Source: Sphingomicrobium sp.
Lineage (GTDB): Bacteria; Pseudomonadota; Alphaproteobacteria; Sphingomonadales; Sphingomonadaceae
Direction of reading: 5' to 3'
NCBI GenBank assembly: GCA_035575595.1
Contig: DATLXR010000007.1
Span: 9,125-73,124 of the forward strand
DNA: 64,000 bases
This document shows positions 1 through 10,544 of the stretch, in pieces. The first letter of the stretch is position 1. Each line of letters opens with the position of its first letter. The notes below the pieces were generated by a model, which made no database searches, was not told the origin of the DNA, and saw only the letters and a list, made by a program, of their open reading frames with translations. Both the position numbers and the translations under genes were made by a program.

Positions 1-582
1 GAGCGCACGGTTGCGGCCCATGGCGGACTCGACATCATTTTTGCCAATGCGGGCGTCGCCGGGGGGCTTGCTTCGATTTTCGAGCAGAGTCCTGCCGATT
101 GGGCCGAAATTCTCCGCATCAATCTCATCGGACCCTTCCTCGCCATCAAGCATGGCGCGCCGCACCTCAAGGCCCGCGGCGGGGGTTCGATCATCGCCAC
201 CGCTTCGGTCGCCGGCTTGCGTTCGGGCGCTGGCGGCCCGGCCTATTCGGCATCGAAGGCAGGGGTCATCAGCCTGGTCAAGACCGCTGCCCAGCAACTC
301 GTCGGCTCCAATGTCCGGGTTAACGCCATCTGCCCGGGGCTGATCGAAACCGGAATGACCGAATTCATCTACGAGCGCGCCCGCGCCAAGGGGCAGGAGG
401 AGCGCCTCGGCCACCTCAACCCGTTGAAGCGCGGCGGCGCTCCTGATGAAATTGCCAAGGCCGCACTCTTCCTCGCTTCCGACGAGTCGTCCTACGTCAA
501 CGGCCACGCTCTGGTCGTCGATGGCGGGCTGTCCTCGTCTCACCCGGTCAACAACCAGTTCTATGGCCGCACCGCGACATGA
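1..582 (+). CDS. SDR family oxidoreductase (5'-truncated by window edge)
   Basis: Frame 1 is open from base 1 ([11 protein letters not shown]...[11 protein letters not shown]...YSASK...VNAICPG...VDGG), showing the SDR NAG and YxxxK motifs. Confidence 0.9.
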   Translation, partial: ERTVAAHGGLDIIFANAGVAGGLASIFEQSPADWAEILRINLIGPFLAIKHGAPHLKARGGGSIIATASVAGLRSGAGGPAYSASKAGVISLVKTAAQQLVGSNVRVNAICPGLIETGMTEFIYERARAKGQEERLGHLNPLKRGGAPDEIAKAALFLASDESSYVNGHALVVDGGLSSSHPVNNQFYGRTAT

Positions 583-730
583 AATTTTCTCCTGTCCTCC
601 AGGCCTCGATCTCGCTTATGCTGACCCTAGCGGCCGTTCCCATGCGAACCTTGTGCCCGCTGCCCCAACCCCCCGAAAATGGTCGCGGACTCTATGACTT
701 TTGCGACTTTAGTGACGTTACGGAGCAATT

Positions 731-2785
731 ATGACCGATCCCATTTCGACCAGCCGCCACGGCGACATCCTCATCGTCACCTCGAACAATCCCCCGGTCA
801 ACGCCCTCGGCGCTGCAGTCCGGCAGGGCCTCGTCGCAGCAATCGAAGAAGCCGAAGCCGATGAAGCAATCAAGGCGGTGGTCATCCGCTGCGAAGGTCA
901 AACCTTCTTCGCCGGCGCCGACATCACCGAATTCGGCAAGCCCCCCGTCATGCCCTGGCTTCCCCAAGTCGTCGATCGCATCGAAAATTGCTCGAAGCCT
1001 GTAGTCGCGGCGATCCACGGCACCGCGCTCGGCGGCGGACTCGAAGTCGCCTTGGGCTGTCACTACCGTGTCGCGGTCCCAGCCGCGAAGCTCGGCGTTC
1101 CGGAAGTGAAGCTCGGACTCCTCCCCGGCGCCGGCGGAACCCAGCGCCTCCCGCGCGTCGCCGGTGTTCCCAAGGCCCTCGAGATGGTTACCGGCGGCGG
1201 GATGATCTCTGCGGCACAGGCTCATGACATTGGCCTGGTCGACCGGCTGATCGAAGGCGACCTGCAGCAGCATGGCGTTGCTTACGCCGAAGAGGTCAAG
1301 GACATCCGCCCCTTGTCCAAATCGTCGGAGCGCCAGGACAAAGTCACGGGCATCAACCCCTCCTTGTTCGAAGAGTTCCGCAAGGCCAACGCCCGCAAGT
1401 TCCGCGGCTTCGATGCACCCGAGGCCAACATCAAGGCGGTCGAGGCGGCAGTCGCCAAGCCTTATGCCGAGGGTGTGATCGACGAGCGCAATCTGTTCAT
1501 GGGCCTGATGGCGGGCAGCCAGGCCCGGGCTCAGCAATATTTCTTTTTTGCCGAACGCAAGGCATCGAAAATCGATGGCATCCCCGACGACACCCGCCCG
1601 CGCGACATCAGGCGCGTCGGAGTAATCGGCGCGGGGACGATGGGTGGGGGCATTTCGATGAACTTTCTGTCTGCGGGTATCCCCGTAACGATCGTGGAAA
1701 TGGCGCAGGATGCGCTGGATCGCGGTACCGCGACAATCCGCATGAATTACGAAGCAACTGCTGCGAAAGGCCGAATGTCCGCCCAGCAGGTCGAGCAGGC
1801 AATGGGTGCGCTTAACCCCACCCTCGACTTCGAAGCCCTTGCCGACTGCGACCTGATCATTGAGGCGGTCTTCGAGGAGATGGAGATCAAGAAGGAGATT
1901 TTCGGCCGGCTCGACACCATTGCCAAGTCAGGCGCGATCCTCGCTTCGAACACTTCCTACCTCAACGTCGACGAAATCGCCGCCTGCACTTCGCGGCCAC
2001 AGGATGTCGTCGGACTGCACTTCTTCTCGCCTGCTAACATCATGAAGCTTCTGGAAGTCGTTCGCGGTGCGAACACCGCGCCGGACGTGCTCGTCACCGC
2101 GATGCAGCTTGCTAAGAAGATTAAGAAGGTCGCAGTGGTTGCGGGCGTCTGTCACGGTTTCATTGGCAATCGAATGCTGATGCCGCGCCAGGTCGAAGCG
2201 ACCAAACTTCTCCTTGAAGGCGCAACCCCCGAACAGATCGACCGCGTCCATGTGGAGTTTGGAATGCCAATGGGGCCGTTCCAGATGGCCGACCTCGCCG
2301 GTGTCGACATCGGCTGGCACCGCGACCCGACACGGATCGAGAATATCCGCGATGCTCTCGCTGCGGAGGGCCGTTGGGGACAGAAAAAGAGCGCCGGCTT
2401 TTATGATTATGATGACAAGCGTCGCCCCTCACCCTCGCCAATTGTGCAGGGCATCATCGACGAGTTTCGTGCGAAGGCAGGAGTTGAGAAACGCGACATT
2501 TCCGACCAGGAAATCGTCGAGCGCACTTTGTACACGATGGTCAACGAGGGCGCGAAGATCCTCGAGGAAGGCATGGCACAGCGCGCCTCAGACGTGGATG
2601 TCGTTTGGATCTACGGCTATGGCTGGCCCGTTTATCGTGGCGGACCGATGCACTGGGCAGATGGGGAGGGTTTGGACAAAATCGTCGCCGGGCTCAAGAA
2701 TCAGGAAGCGCGAATTGGCGACGACTTCAGCTTTTCGAACCTGTTGCTCGACAAGGCCGAAAAAGGCGAAAAGTTCACTCGCTAG
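731..2785 (+). CDS. Enoyl-CoA hydratase / 3-hydroxyacyl-CoA dehydrogenase multifunctional enzyme (FadB/FadJ-like)
   Basis: N-terminal crotonase domain ([23 protein letters not shown]); Rossmann GAGTMG; NTS and HFFSPA motifs. Confidence 0.93.
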   Translation: MTDPISTSRHGDILIVTSNNPPVNALGAAVRQGLVAAIEEAEADEAIKAVVIRCEGQTFFAGADITEFGKPPVMPWLPQVVDRIENCSKPVVAAIHGTALGGGLEVALGCHYRVAVPAAKLGVPEVKLGLLPGAGGTQRLPRVAGVPKALEMVTGGGMISAAQAHDIGLVDRLIEGDLQQHGVAYAEEVKDIRPLSKSSERQDKVTGINPSLFEEFRKANARKFRGFDAPEANIKAVEAAVAKPYAEGVIDERNLFMGLMAGSQARAQQYFFFAERKASKIDGIPDDTRPRDIRRVGVIGAGTMGGGISMNFLSAGIPVTIVEMAQDALDRGTATIRMNYEATAAKGRMSAQQVEQAMGALNPTLDFEALADCDLIIEAVFEEMEIKKEIFGRLDTIAKSGAILASNTSYLNVDEIAACTSRPQDVVGLHFFSPANIMKLLEVVRGANTAPDVLVTAMQLAKKIKKVAVVAGVCHGFIGNRMLMPRQVEATKLLLEGATPEQIDRVHVEFGMPMGPFQMADLAGVDIGWHRDPTRIENIRDALAAEGRWGQKKSAGFYDYDDKRRPSPSPIVQGIIDEFRAKAGVEKRDISDQEIVERTLYTMVNEGAKILEEGMAQRASDVDVVWIYGYGWPVYRGGPMHWADGEGLDKIVAGLKNQEARIGDDFSFSNLLLDKAEKGEKFTR

Positions 2786-2811
2786 AAGGCAGAGCTAATT
2801 AGGGGACTGCA

Positions 2812-3387
2812 ATGAGCGACTATATGGTGGAACAGACGACCGGCGAAGCTACGGTTCGTTACTCACACGGGGCGGCAAGCTTTCATTGGCTCACCGTCGC
2901 ACTTGTGCTTGCCCAAATCTATGTCGGATTTGCGTTTCACGAAATGGCGAAGGGTACGCCGGAGCGCGGGGAGATGTTCGCAATCCACAAGACGCTTGGC
3001 GCGACGATCTTGCTCGTTACCTTGTTGCGCCTTGGCTACCGGCTGATGAACCCGCCTCCACCTTATCCAGCCGATTTGCTCAAATGGGACCGGTTCATTG
3101 CCGTTTGGAGCCACCGCTTGGTTTATTTCGCACTGATCGCCTTGCCACTCACCGGCCTGATCGCAATTTCGGGCAAGGGAGGGATGGTGGATCTGTTGTG
3201 GGGGTTGAAGATTCCCGCGCTACCGCTGGGTGATGGCGAGTTGTTCGGAGAAATGCACGAGATCCTCGTCTTCATCACGATCGGGCTGCTTGTGATCCAT
3301 GTCGCCGCGGCAATCTACCATCATCTCATCGCCCGCGACGCCGCCTCAGGCCGGATGCCGCCACTCCCCTTAACTACTCGCGATTAG
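2812..3387 (+). CDS. Cytochrome b561 family protein
   Basis: Four TM helices with heme-ligand His motifs (FHW, IHKTLG, MHE, IHVAAAIYHH); GGGGA SD. Confidence 0.88.
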   Translation: MSDYMVEQTTGEATVRYSHGAASFHWLTVALVLAQIYVGFAFHEMAKGTPERGEMFAIHKTLGATILLVTLLRLGYRLMNPPPPYPADLLKWDRFIAVWSHRLVYFALIALPLTGLIAISGKGGMVDLLWGLKIPALPLGDGELFGEMHEILVFITIGLLVIHVAAAIYHHLIARDAASGRMPPLPLTTRD

Positions 3388-4580
3388 GCGCGCTTCGGCA
3401 ATAGAATCAGCATCGCGCCAGCCACCGCCGCTATCGCCGCGGCGGCAGTGAAGGTTTCGGCTGGTCCTCCGCGGTCCCACAGCAGGCCGGCGCCGACACT
3501 GGAGAGCAACGTAGCAAGGCCGCTGACGAAGAAAAAGGCGCCGAAACTCGTCGCGCGCTGATGCTCTCCTGCGGCATCAGCGATCATTCGCGCAAAAATG
3601 CCTTGGGTCAGGGCCATATGAGCGCCCCACAGCGCCACGCCTAGCCCGATGATCCACAAGCTTACAGCGGTCGCAAGCACCAGATCCGCAGCAATCAGCA
3701 GGCCGATCCCCGCGAGCAGGACGTGGTGAGGAGCCACGCGGTCGCTCATTGCTCCTGCAGGATAAGCCAGCGCGAGGAAGGCGAGATTGAGCACTGCGAG
3801 AACCAGCGGAGACCATACGACAGCGAGGCCGGCGTCGATCGCCTTGAGAATAAGGAAGCCTTCTGAAAAGCGAGCCAGACCAAAGAGGAAGCCGACCGCG
3901 ATCAGCCGCTTTACCCTGGGTGTCAGATCACGGAATCCGGCCCACGCAATTTTTGGCTTGATCGGAACATGGCGCTTCGCTTCGTGCAACATAAGCCATG
4001 CGAACAGGAAGGACAGCGCGGCCGGGATCGCCGCAACCCAGAACACGGCGCGAATATCGCCCGCGAAGGCAAACATCAGCCCAACCGCGGCAATCGGCGC
4101 CAGGAAAGCGCCGACCGTGTCCAGCGACTGTCGCAAGCCGTAAGCGCGGCCGCGCAGCTCGGGTGGGGTTTCATCGGCGATCATTGCGTCGCGCGGCGCG
4201 CCCCTAATGCCCTTACCGATGCGATCGACGAGCCGCGCGCCGAGCACGGGCAGCGCGCTTGCGGCAAGCGGGAACAAGGGCTTCGACAATGCGGCCATTC
4301 CATAGCCGAGCAGGATCCACGGCTTGCGGCGGTGGTTGCGGTCGCTCAGTGGTCCGGATGCCAGCTTGGCCATGTTCGCGCTCGCCTCGGCGATCCCGTC
4401 GAGCGCGCCCATCGCGGCGACCGGAAGGCCGAGCGTTACCGTGAGGAATGCCGGTAGCAGTGCGTGATAAATCTCGCTCGACAGGTCCATCAGCAGGCTG
4501 ACGATGCCGAGCACCCAAACGGTGCGAGGAAGTTTGGGGCGAGGAAGTTTGGGGCGAGGATCGCTGTTCACGAGGTACAT
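3384..4580 (-). CDS. MFS transporter (start uncertain)
   Basis: About 12 TM segments; motifs SGPLSDR..RRK and DRIGKGIRGAPRDA. Confidence 0.88.
   Translation of the reverse strand: MYLVNSDPRPKLPRPKLPRTVWVLGIVSLLMDLSSEIYHALLPAFLTVTLGLPVAAMGALDGIAEASANMAKLASGPLSDRNHRRKPWILLGYGMAALSKPLFPLAASALPVLGARLVDRIGKGIRGAPRDAMIADETPPELRGRAYGLRQSLDTVGAFLAPIAAVGLMFAFAGDIRAVFWVAAIPAALSFLFAWLMLHEAKRHVPIKPKIAWAGFRDLTPRVKRLIAVGFLFGLARFSEGFLILKAIDAGLAVVWSPLVLAVLNLAFLALAYPAGAMSDRVAPHHVLLAGIGLLIAADLVLATAVSLWIIGLGVALWGAHMALTQGIFARMIADAAGEHQRATSFGAFFFVSGLATLLSSVGAGLLWDRGGPAETFTAAAAIAAVAGAMLILLPKRA
4524..4560. repeat. 15-bp tandem repeat (GCGAGGAAGTTTGGG x2.5) in the MFS 5' end
   Basis: Seen directly; encodes PRPKL-PRPKL-PR in frame. 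Confidence 0.9.
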
Positions 4581-4650
4581 TTGAAGAAGGAGAGGGATAT
4601 GGCAAATATTCCTTTTTCACAGCAGTGGATCAAAAAGACGTAGCAACTAC

Positions 4651-4664
4651 GCTACAAATGTAGC
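4651..4664. promoter_or_regulatory. Palindrome GCTACA-AA-TGTAGC, candidate BlaI/MecI/CopY-type operator (TACA-N2-TGTA)
   Basis: Perfect 6-bp inverted repeat between divergent genes; adjacent second inverted repeat CGTAG-CAA-CTACG at 4639-4651. Confidence 0.5.
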
Positions 4665-4690
4665 AGAGGCCCCGACAGCAGATAAATTGC

Positions 4691-6414
4691 ATGAAAACGG
4701 GGGTTTTAATGGCAAAGCATGTTCGGATTCGCACTGGCCTCGCCGGCCTGTTGCTGTCAGCAAGCCTCGTTGCTTCCGCAACGCCTCAGTCGCCGCTGAT
4801 CGCACCGGCCGATCCGATCGGCTATTTCGAGCGACTGACGCGCGCTCGGGCGCTGATTGCGAAAGAGGACTTCGCAGGGGCCGAGCCGCTGCTCGAGCAG
4901 CTTGCCCGCGAATATCCCCGGGATCGCCTGAATTGGTCGCTCCTTGGACTCTCGAAGCGGCGACTCAACAAATGCGCCGAAGCCATTCCCGCATATCAAC
5001 GATCGATTGAAATCGTCGGCCCTTATTGGAGCGCCGCGCGCTACTGGATCGCGGCATGCCAGCTGAAGCTTGGCAAAAGGCAGGACGCGCTCGATACCCT
5101 CGAAACGCATATATTCGAAGACGCACGGTGGGCAGGCCCTCGCTGTTCGACGATAAGGAATTCGCCGCTCTCAAGAGTGATCCGCGCTTTGTCAAAATCG
5201 CGGGCGTTTCCAATGCCAAACCTGACCGGACAGCGGGGCTTCGCGGCGACCTCGATTATCTGATGGCTGAGATCAAGCGCCTCAGCCCCCATTATCGCGC
5301 CGGGCCGCTGCCACATCGGACGAATGCAGCCTATCAGGCGCTGCGTCGCGACATCCCGAAGCTGAATGATGAGCAAGTTTACGCACGCATGTCGCAGGTG
5401 ATCGGCACGCTCGACGCCAATCATACAATGTTCAGGCGGCTCCCGGGGACTGAAGTACAGTCCGACTTCGAGCGCTATCTGCCGGTGAAATTCTATGTAT
5501 TTCCCGAAGGGGTTTTCATTGTCGACGCTGAACCAGGCCATGAAGACTTGATCGGCAAGCGGCTGCTGTCCATCGGTCGAACCCCCGCCGACGAGGCCTT
5601 TCGCAAGGTCGCCTCTGCCTTGAGCATAGGCCATGACATGGAAGCCTATTGGATCGCCCCCACCCGGATGACGGAGGTGCATCTGCTGCACGGCCTCGGC
5701 ATCGTGCCGGCGACCGAGGCCGTGACACTCAGCCTCGCTGGCGCGGACGGAACCGTAATCAGTCGCGTATTACGAACCGATTCCAACGACACATTATCGA
5801 AGCTCATGGCGCCGCGCGGGGTTCCAACGCCGCTTTTCTTGAAGCGAGTTCCCGAGTCCCACTGGTTCGAGGCTTGGCCGGACAAGTCGACGGTCTATGT
5901 GCAATTTAACCAGGTTATCGACGATAAGGATGAGACCCTTCCCCAGTTCAGGTTGCGGTTGCGCCGTGAGCTCGATCAAAGGCCCGTCAAGAACCTGATT
6001 CTTGATCTTCGCCATAATAATGGCGGGAACACCTTCAACTATGCCGAGCTAATGCGCACTGCGATCGCTTTCTCGGCGAAAGAAGGCAATCAACTCTACG
6101 TCTTGATCGGTCGGAATGTTTATTCGGCCGCGGCAAACTTCACGACCGACATCGAGCGGCTCGGCAATCCTATCTTTGTCGGCGAGCTAACAGGGAATAC
6201 CGGCAATCAGGAAGGCGACGAAGGCCAAATCCTTCTCCCTTACAGCGGATGGCGTGCGTCCGTTGGCGCGGTGTGGTGGCAGCTAAGCAGCCCGTGGGAC
6301 AAACGCCGGGGGATTCCGCCGCATGTGCCGGTTCAACTGACCGCCAAGGCGTACTTCGCCGGGGAAGATCCAGTGCTCGATACCGTAGGCAAGTTGATCG
6401 CCCAGCGGAGTTGA
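4691..6414 (+). pseudogene. Exported TPR + S41-like peptidase domain protein split by a frameshift near 5120-5130
   Basis: Signal peptide and TPR helices in ORF 4691-5263 continue in ORF 5026-6414 (RPSLFDDKEFAALKSDPRF; LILDLRHNNGG; YSAA; FVGE). Confidence 0.75.
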
Positions 6415-6469
6415 GTTCCTTTGCTGCGACCAATGTTGCCAAGCCTCGAAACATTGCTAGCATGCAAAT

Positions 6470-6883
6470 ATGTGGGGATCATCAACCGCACCGGCGCTCG
6501 CTGCCCGTTTTGCTCGACTGGTCGAGCAGCTTGGCGGCGACGCCGTTGCAGCCAAGGCCGCCGGACAGCAGCGTGACCTGTTGGGCGCCATTGCGGCCGG
6601 AGAGCCGGCGACGCTCAATCAAGTCGCGGCTTCAGTCGGGCGCGGCGCACCCGCCGTCAGCCGGGCAGTCGATGCTTTGGTCCGCGCTGGGCTGGTCGAG
6701 CGTCAGGCCGACCCCGATAACCGCCGCCGCCTCGCGCTTCGCTTGACCGAAAGCGGGCGTGCTGCTGCCGCCGCACCTCCCGCCGCCGGAAGCGGTCTCG
6801 AGGCCCGCTTGTCCAAGCTCATCGGCAGCGAACTGCGCGCACTCGAACGCGGGATCGAAATTCTTGAACGCCTGCCCAAATGA
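6470..6883 (+). CDS. MarR family transcriptional regulator
   Basis: Winged HTH: VSRAVDALVRAGLVER..DPDNRR...LRLTESG. Confidence 0.88.
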   Translation: MWGSSTAPALAARFARLVEQLGGDAVAAKAAGQQRDLLGAIAAGEPATLNQVAASVGRGAPAVSRAVDALVRAGLVERQADPDNRRRLALRLTESGRAAAAAPPAAGSGLEARLSKLIGSELRALERGIEILERLPK

Positions 6884-6959
6884 TCTGACCCGATGTTGCG
6901 TTGCGATATTGCGCCCCATGCTGTAGTGGCGCGACAACTTTTCCCAATCGGATGACAAA

Positions 6960-8798
6960 ATGAACCTGCGCAACGTGGCGATCATCGCCCACGTCGATCA
7001 TGGCAAGACCACGCTCGTCGATCAGCTTTTCCGCCAATCCGGCACCTTCCGCGACAATCAGCGCGTCGAAGAGCGGGCGATGGATTCGAACGACCTGGAA
7101 AAAGAGCGTGGAATCACGATCCTTGCCAAATGCACGAGTGTCGAATGGCCCGATGCCGAAGGTATTGTCACGCATATCAACATCGTCGACACACCCGGCC
7201 ACGCCGATTTCGGCGGGGAAGTCGAGCGCATATTGTCGATGGTGGACGGAGTCATCCTTCTGGTTGATGCCGCCGAGGGGCCGATGCCGCAGACCAAATT
7301 CGTCACCGGCAAGGCGCTCGCGCTGGGGCTTAAGCCGATCGTGGTGGTCAACAAGATCGACCGGCCCGACGCCCGCGCCACCGAAGTTCTCGACGAAGTG
7401 TTCGATTTGTTCGTGCTGCTCGACGCCAATGACGAGCAGCTGGACTTTCCTGTACTCTACGCGAGCGGCCGCAACGGCTATGCCGGACTTGGCCCTGACG
7501 TGCGCGAGGGCAGCCTGACTCCGCTGTTCGAGACCATCGTCAGTCATGTTCCGCCGCCGTCGGCGGATCCGGATGGACCGTTCAAATTCCTGGTGACTCT
7601 GCTCGATCGCGACAATTTCCTCGGGCGCATCCTGACAGGCCTGGTTTTCTCGGGATCGATCAAGACCAATGCGCCGATTCACGCGCTCGATCCCGACGGC
7701 AAGATCGTTGAGACCGGACGCGCTTCGAAGCTGATGGCGTTCCGCGGGCTTGAACGCGTTCCGGTCGACGAGGCCAAGGCCGGCGACATCATTTCCATCG
7801 CCGGACTGACCGTCGCGACTGTCGCCAACACCATCGCCGACCCGTCGGTATCGGAGCCGCTGCACGCCCAGCCGATCGATCCGCCGACCCTGTCGATGCG
7901 CTTCGCGGTCAACGATTCGCCGATGGCCGGTCGCGAAGGGACCAAGGTCACCAGCCGAATGATCCGCGATCGCCTGTTCCGCGAAGGCGAATCGAACGTC
8001 GCGATCAAGGTTACCGAAGCGTCCGACAAGGACAGCTTCGAAGTCGCGGGCCGTGGCGAACTACAGCTTGGCGTGCTCATCGAGATGATGCGGCGCGAAG
8101 GCTTCGAGCTCGGCATCAGCCGCCCGCGCGTCCTGTTTCGCGAGGACGAGGACGGCAAGCGCACCGAGCCCTATGAAACCGTCGTGATCGATGTTGACGA
8201 CGAATATTCAGGGACGGTCGTCGAGAAGATGGCTGGCCGGAAGGCGGAGCTGACCGACATGCGGCCGTCGGGCGGCGGCAAGACCCGAATTACTTTCTCG
8301 GCGCCCTCACGTGGCTTGATCGGCTATCACGGTGAATTCCTTTCCGACACGCGCGGCACCGGGCTGATGAACCGTTTGTTCGAGCGCTACGGTCCCTACA
8401 AGGGCAATATCGAGGGCCGCAAAAACGGCGTGCTCATCTCCAACGGCGGTGGCCAGGCCAATGCCTATGCCCTCGGATTCCTCGAGGAGCGCGGCATCCT
8501 GATGGTCGCGCCCGGCGACCCGCTGTACGAAGGCATGATCATCGGCGAGAATGCCAAGACCGACGACCTCGAAGTCAATCCGATGAAGGCCAAGCAGCTC
8601 ACCAACTTCCGCGCCAGCGGAGGCAAGGATGACGCAATTCGTTTGACCCCGCCCAAGCGCCTGACGCTCGAGCAGGCGCTGGCCTATATCGACGAGGACG
8701 AATTGGTCGAAGTTACTCCGGCATCGATTCGGTTGCGTAAGCGCCATCTCGATCCGCATGAGCGTAAGCGTGCCTCGCGCGCAAAGCAGGCCGCCTAA
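6960..8798 (+). CDS. typA: Translational GTPase TypA/BipA
   Basis: AHVDHGKTT, ERGITILAK, DTPGHADFGGEVER, NKID; BipA C-terminal domain. Confidence 0.98.
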   Translation: MNLRNVAIIAHVDHGKTTLVDQLFRQSGTFRDNQRVEERAMDSNDLEKERGITILAKCTSVEWPDAEGIVTHINIVDTPGHADFGGEVERILSMVDGVILLVDAAEGPMPQTKFVTGKALALGLKPIVVVNKIDRPDARATEVLDEVFDLFVLLDANDEQLDFPVLYASGRNGYAGLGPDVREGSLTPLFETIVSHVPPPSADPDGPFKFLVTLLDRDNFLGRILTGLVFSGSIKTNAPIHALDPDGKIVETGRASKLMAFRGLERVPVDEAKAGDIISIAGLTVATVANTIADPSVSEPLHAQPIDPPTLSMRFAVNDSPMAGREGTKVTSRMIRDRLFREGESNVAIKVTEASDKDSFEVAGRGELQLGVLIEMMRREGFELGISRPRVLFREDEDGKRTEPYETVVIDVDDEYSGTVVEKMAGRKAELTDMRPSGGGKTRITFSAPSRGLIGYHGEFLSDTRGTGLMNRLFERYGPYKGNIEGRKNGVLISNGGGQANAYALGFLEERGILMVAPGDPLYEGMIIGENAKTDDLEVNPMKAKQLTNFRASGGKDDAIRLTPPKRLTLEQALAYIDEDELVEVTPASIRLRKRHLDPHERKRASRAKQAA

Positions 8799-9027
8799 AG
8801 GTTCCGGCACTTGTCCCGTAAGCGGCTCGACTCGTCGCTCGACGCTTGAAGCGCTCCGCATTGCCTGTATGTGCAGTGCAGCATTAATTAGCGAGCGGTT
8901 CCACGAGCACCCGATTTGGGAGGCTGGAGCCCGGGGCAAGTCGGACGTACTCTCCATGATCGCCTGAGTGGCCCCTTGGGACCGCTCCGCGAGCATGTGA
9001 CGGTCGCCCGCACTATTTGAGCGTGAT

Positions 9028-9639
9028 TTGAAGAATGTTCTGCGTGCCGGCTTTTTGTCGGCAATGACCGCTGCTTTTGTCCTCGGCTTCGGCGATCCTT
9101 CGGTCGCATTTGCGCAGCAGGTCGAGGCGACGCTTCCGGCAGTCGCGACGCCGCTTGTTCAACCAATTTTGCCGCTGCAGATTTTCGGAGGGGCGATCGC
9201 ACAAGCGACGGCGCCGACAATGCCCTTGTCAGCGTTGGTTGACGCCCAAGGGGCGGGTCCCGAGCTCGACGAGCAGGGCAAATGCCTCGCCACCGCAGTC
9301 TATTTCGAAAGCATGGGCGAGCCGCTCGAAGGGCAGCTCGCGGTCGCGCAAGTCGTAATCAATCGCGCCCGTTCGGGACGCTATCCGTCGAGCTGGTGCG
9401 CAGTGGTCAAACAGAAAGCGCAGTTCAGCTTCGTCCGCGGTGGCCGATTCCCTCGTATAGACGCGGCCGGCGCCGCTTGGCGCAAGGCTCAGGCGATCGC
9501 GGTGATCGCTGCCAAGAATATGGCGCAGGCGCTGCCCGATGACGTTTTGTGGTACCATGCCGACTATGTTGCCCCGGGTTGGGGACGGCGGCTTAGCAAG
9601 GTCAACAAGATCGGCACGCATATCTTTTACCGGGCGTAA
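9028..9639 (+). CDS. Cell wall hydrolase (SleB/CwlJ Hydrolase_2 family)
   Basis: CLATAVYFES.GEPLEGQLAVAQVVINR, QFSF, YHADYV.P.W, IGTHIFYR; TTG start. Confidence 0.9.
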   Translation: MKNVLRAGFLSAMTAAFVLGFGDPSVAFAQQVEATLPAVATPLVQPILPLQIFGGAIAQATAPTMPLSALVDAQGAGPELDEQGKCLATAVYFESMGEPLEGQLAVAQVVINRARSGRYPSSWCAVVKQKAQFSFVRGGRFPRIDAAGAAWRKAQAIAVIAAKNMAQALPDDVLWYHADYVAPGWGRRLSKVNKIGTHIFYRA

Positions 9640-9761
9640 CACTCGCTTGGTCGCGCCAGGACCACCGCTGGGCGTTAACCCTCCCCTGAGGGGATTCGCA
9701 CCGGCTGAGGAGTGGCGCACCAAGCTGTTCAGATTTGGACCTCCGTGCGGGGGAGTGGCCG

Positions 9762-10268
9762 GTGCTTAAGATATTAATCGTCGAAGATGACATCCAGCTG
9801 GCGAGCACGTTGAAATATCTCGTCGAGGACAATCCGCGTTACCGCGTCGTCGCTACCGCGGACGATCTTGAAAGCGCGGTTACTGCCGCGGCGGAGCACC
9901 ATCCCGATCTTGCCTTGGTCGATCTTCATCTTGCGCGCGGCTCGACCGGCTTTTCGGTCGCGGTACGGATGAGCGATTTTTCCATCCCCTGCTTTTTCAT
10001 CTCGGGCAAAGCGCCCGACTTTCCAATGCCCGATCTTGCGCTGGGTTGCCTGATGAAGCCGTTCACGGCCGAGGACGTCCATCGTAGCCTCGCCGCCGCG
10101 GAGGATTTGATGCGCGGGCGTGAGGCTTTGCGGCCCAAGATGCCGGTCAATCTGACGCTTTACGATCAGGTCGAGGAAGCGGGTGCCGATTCCGAGCCGG
10201 GCTTCACGCCCTCGCGTCCATCCTTGAAAACCCGCATCGAACATTGGATCGCGGGAACCCAGGGCTAA
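9762..10268 (+). CDS. Response regulator (receiver domain with short C-terminal tail)
   Basis: ILIVEDD...PDLALVDLHL...KPF; GTG start 9762 follows GGGGAG SD. Confidence 0.85.
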   Translation: MLKILIVEDDIQLASTLKYLVEDNPRYRVVATADDLESAVTAAAEHHPDLALVDLHLARGSTGFSVAVRMSDFSIPCFFISGKAPDFPMPDLALGCLMKPFTAEDVHRSLAAAEDLMRGREALRPKMPVNLTLYDQVEEAGADSEPGFTPSRPSLKTRIEHWIAGTQG

Positions 10269-10324
10269 GCCGGGGCCTGGCAGATGGACGAGGCGCTCCG
10301 GCGCGCGTCGCAAGGGTCGCGGAG

Positions 10325-10398
10325 TGGATGCCCGACGAGGATTCGAACCTCGATTGACGGATTCAGAGTCCGTAGTCTTACCATTAGACGATCGGGCA
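10325..10398 (-). tRNA. tRNA-Gln (CTG)
   Basis: Reverse complement TGCCCGATCGTCTAATGGTAAGACTACGGACTCTGAATCCGT...GGTTCGAATCC...CCA; anticodon CTG. Confidence 0.97.
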
Positions 10399-10544
10399 GT
10401 GCGAAGGCGGGCGAATAGGAAGCGAGCGGCTTACTGTCAACGCTGCGCCCGGTTGCGCTGGCTCACCGCTTGGGCGTAGACTGCGACCAAGTCAGTCGTG
10501 AAGGCACGCTTCGCGATGCAGGATAGAATGGTCGTGTTTTAGTT

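Noticed and set aside
6454-6468. TTGC-N6-GCAA inverted repeat before marR 6470
   Set aside because: Plausible operator, but 4-bp arms are too short to distinguish from chance
10325-10398. tRNA-Gln or tRNA-Trp (44623-44698) as island integration sites
   Set aside because: No integrase, and I noticed no duplicated tRNA 3' end in the window
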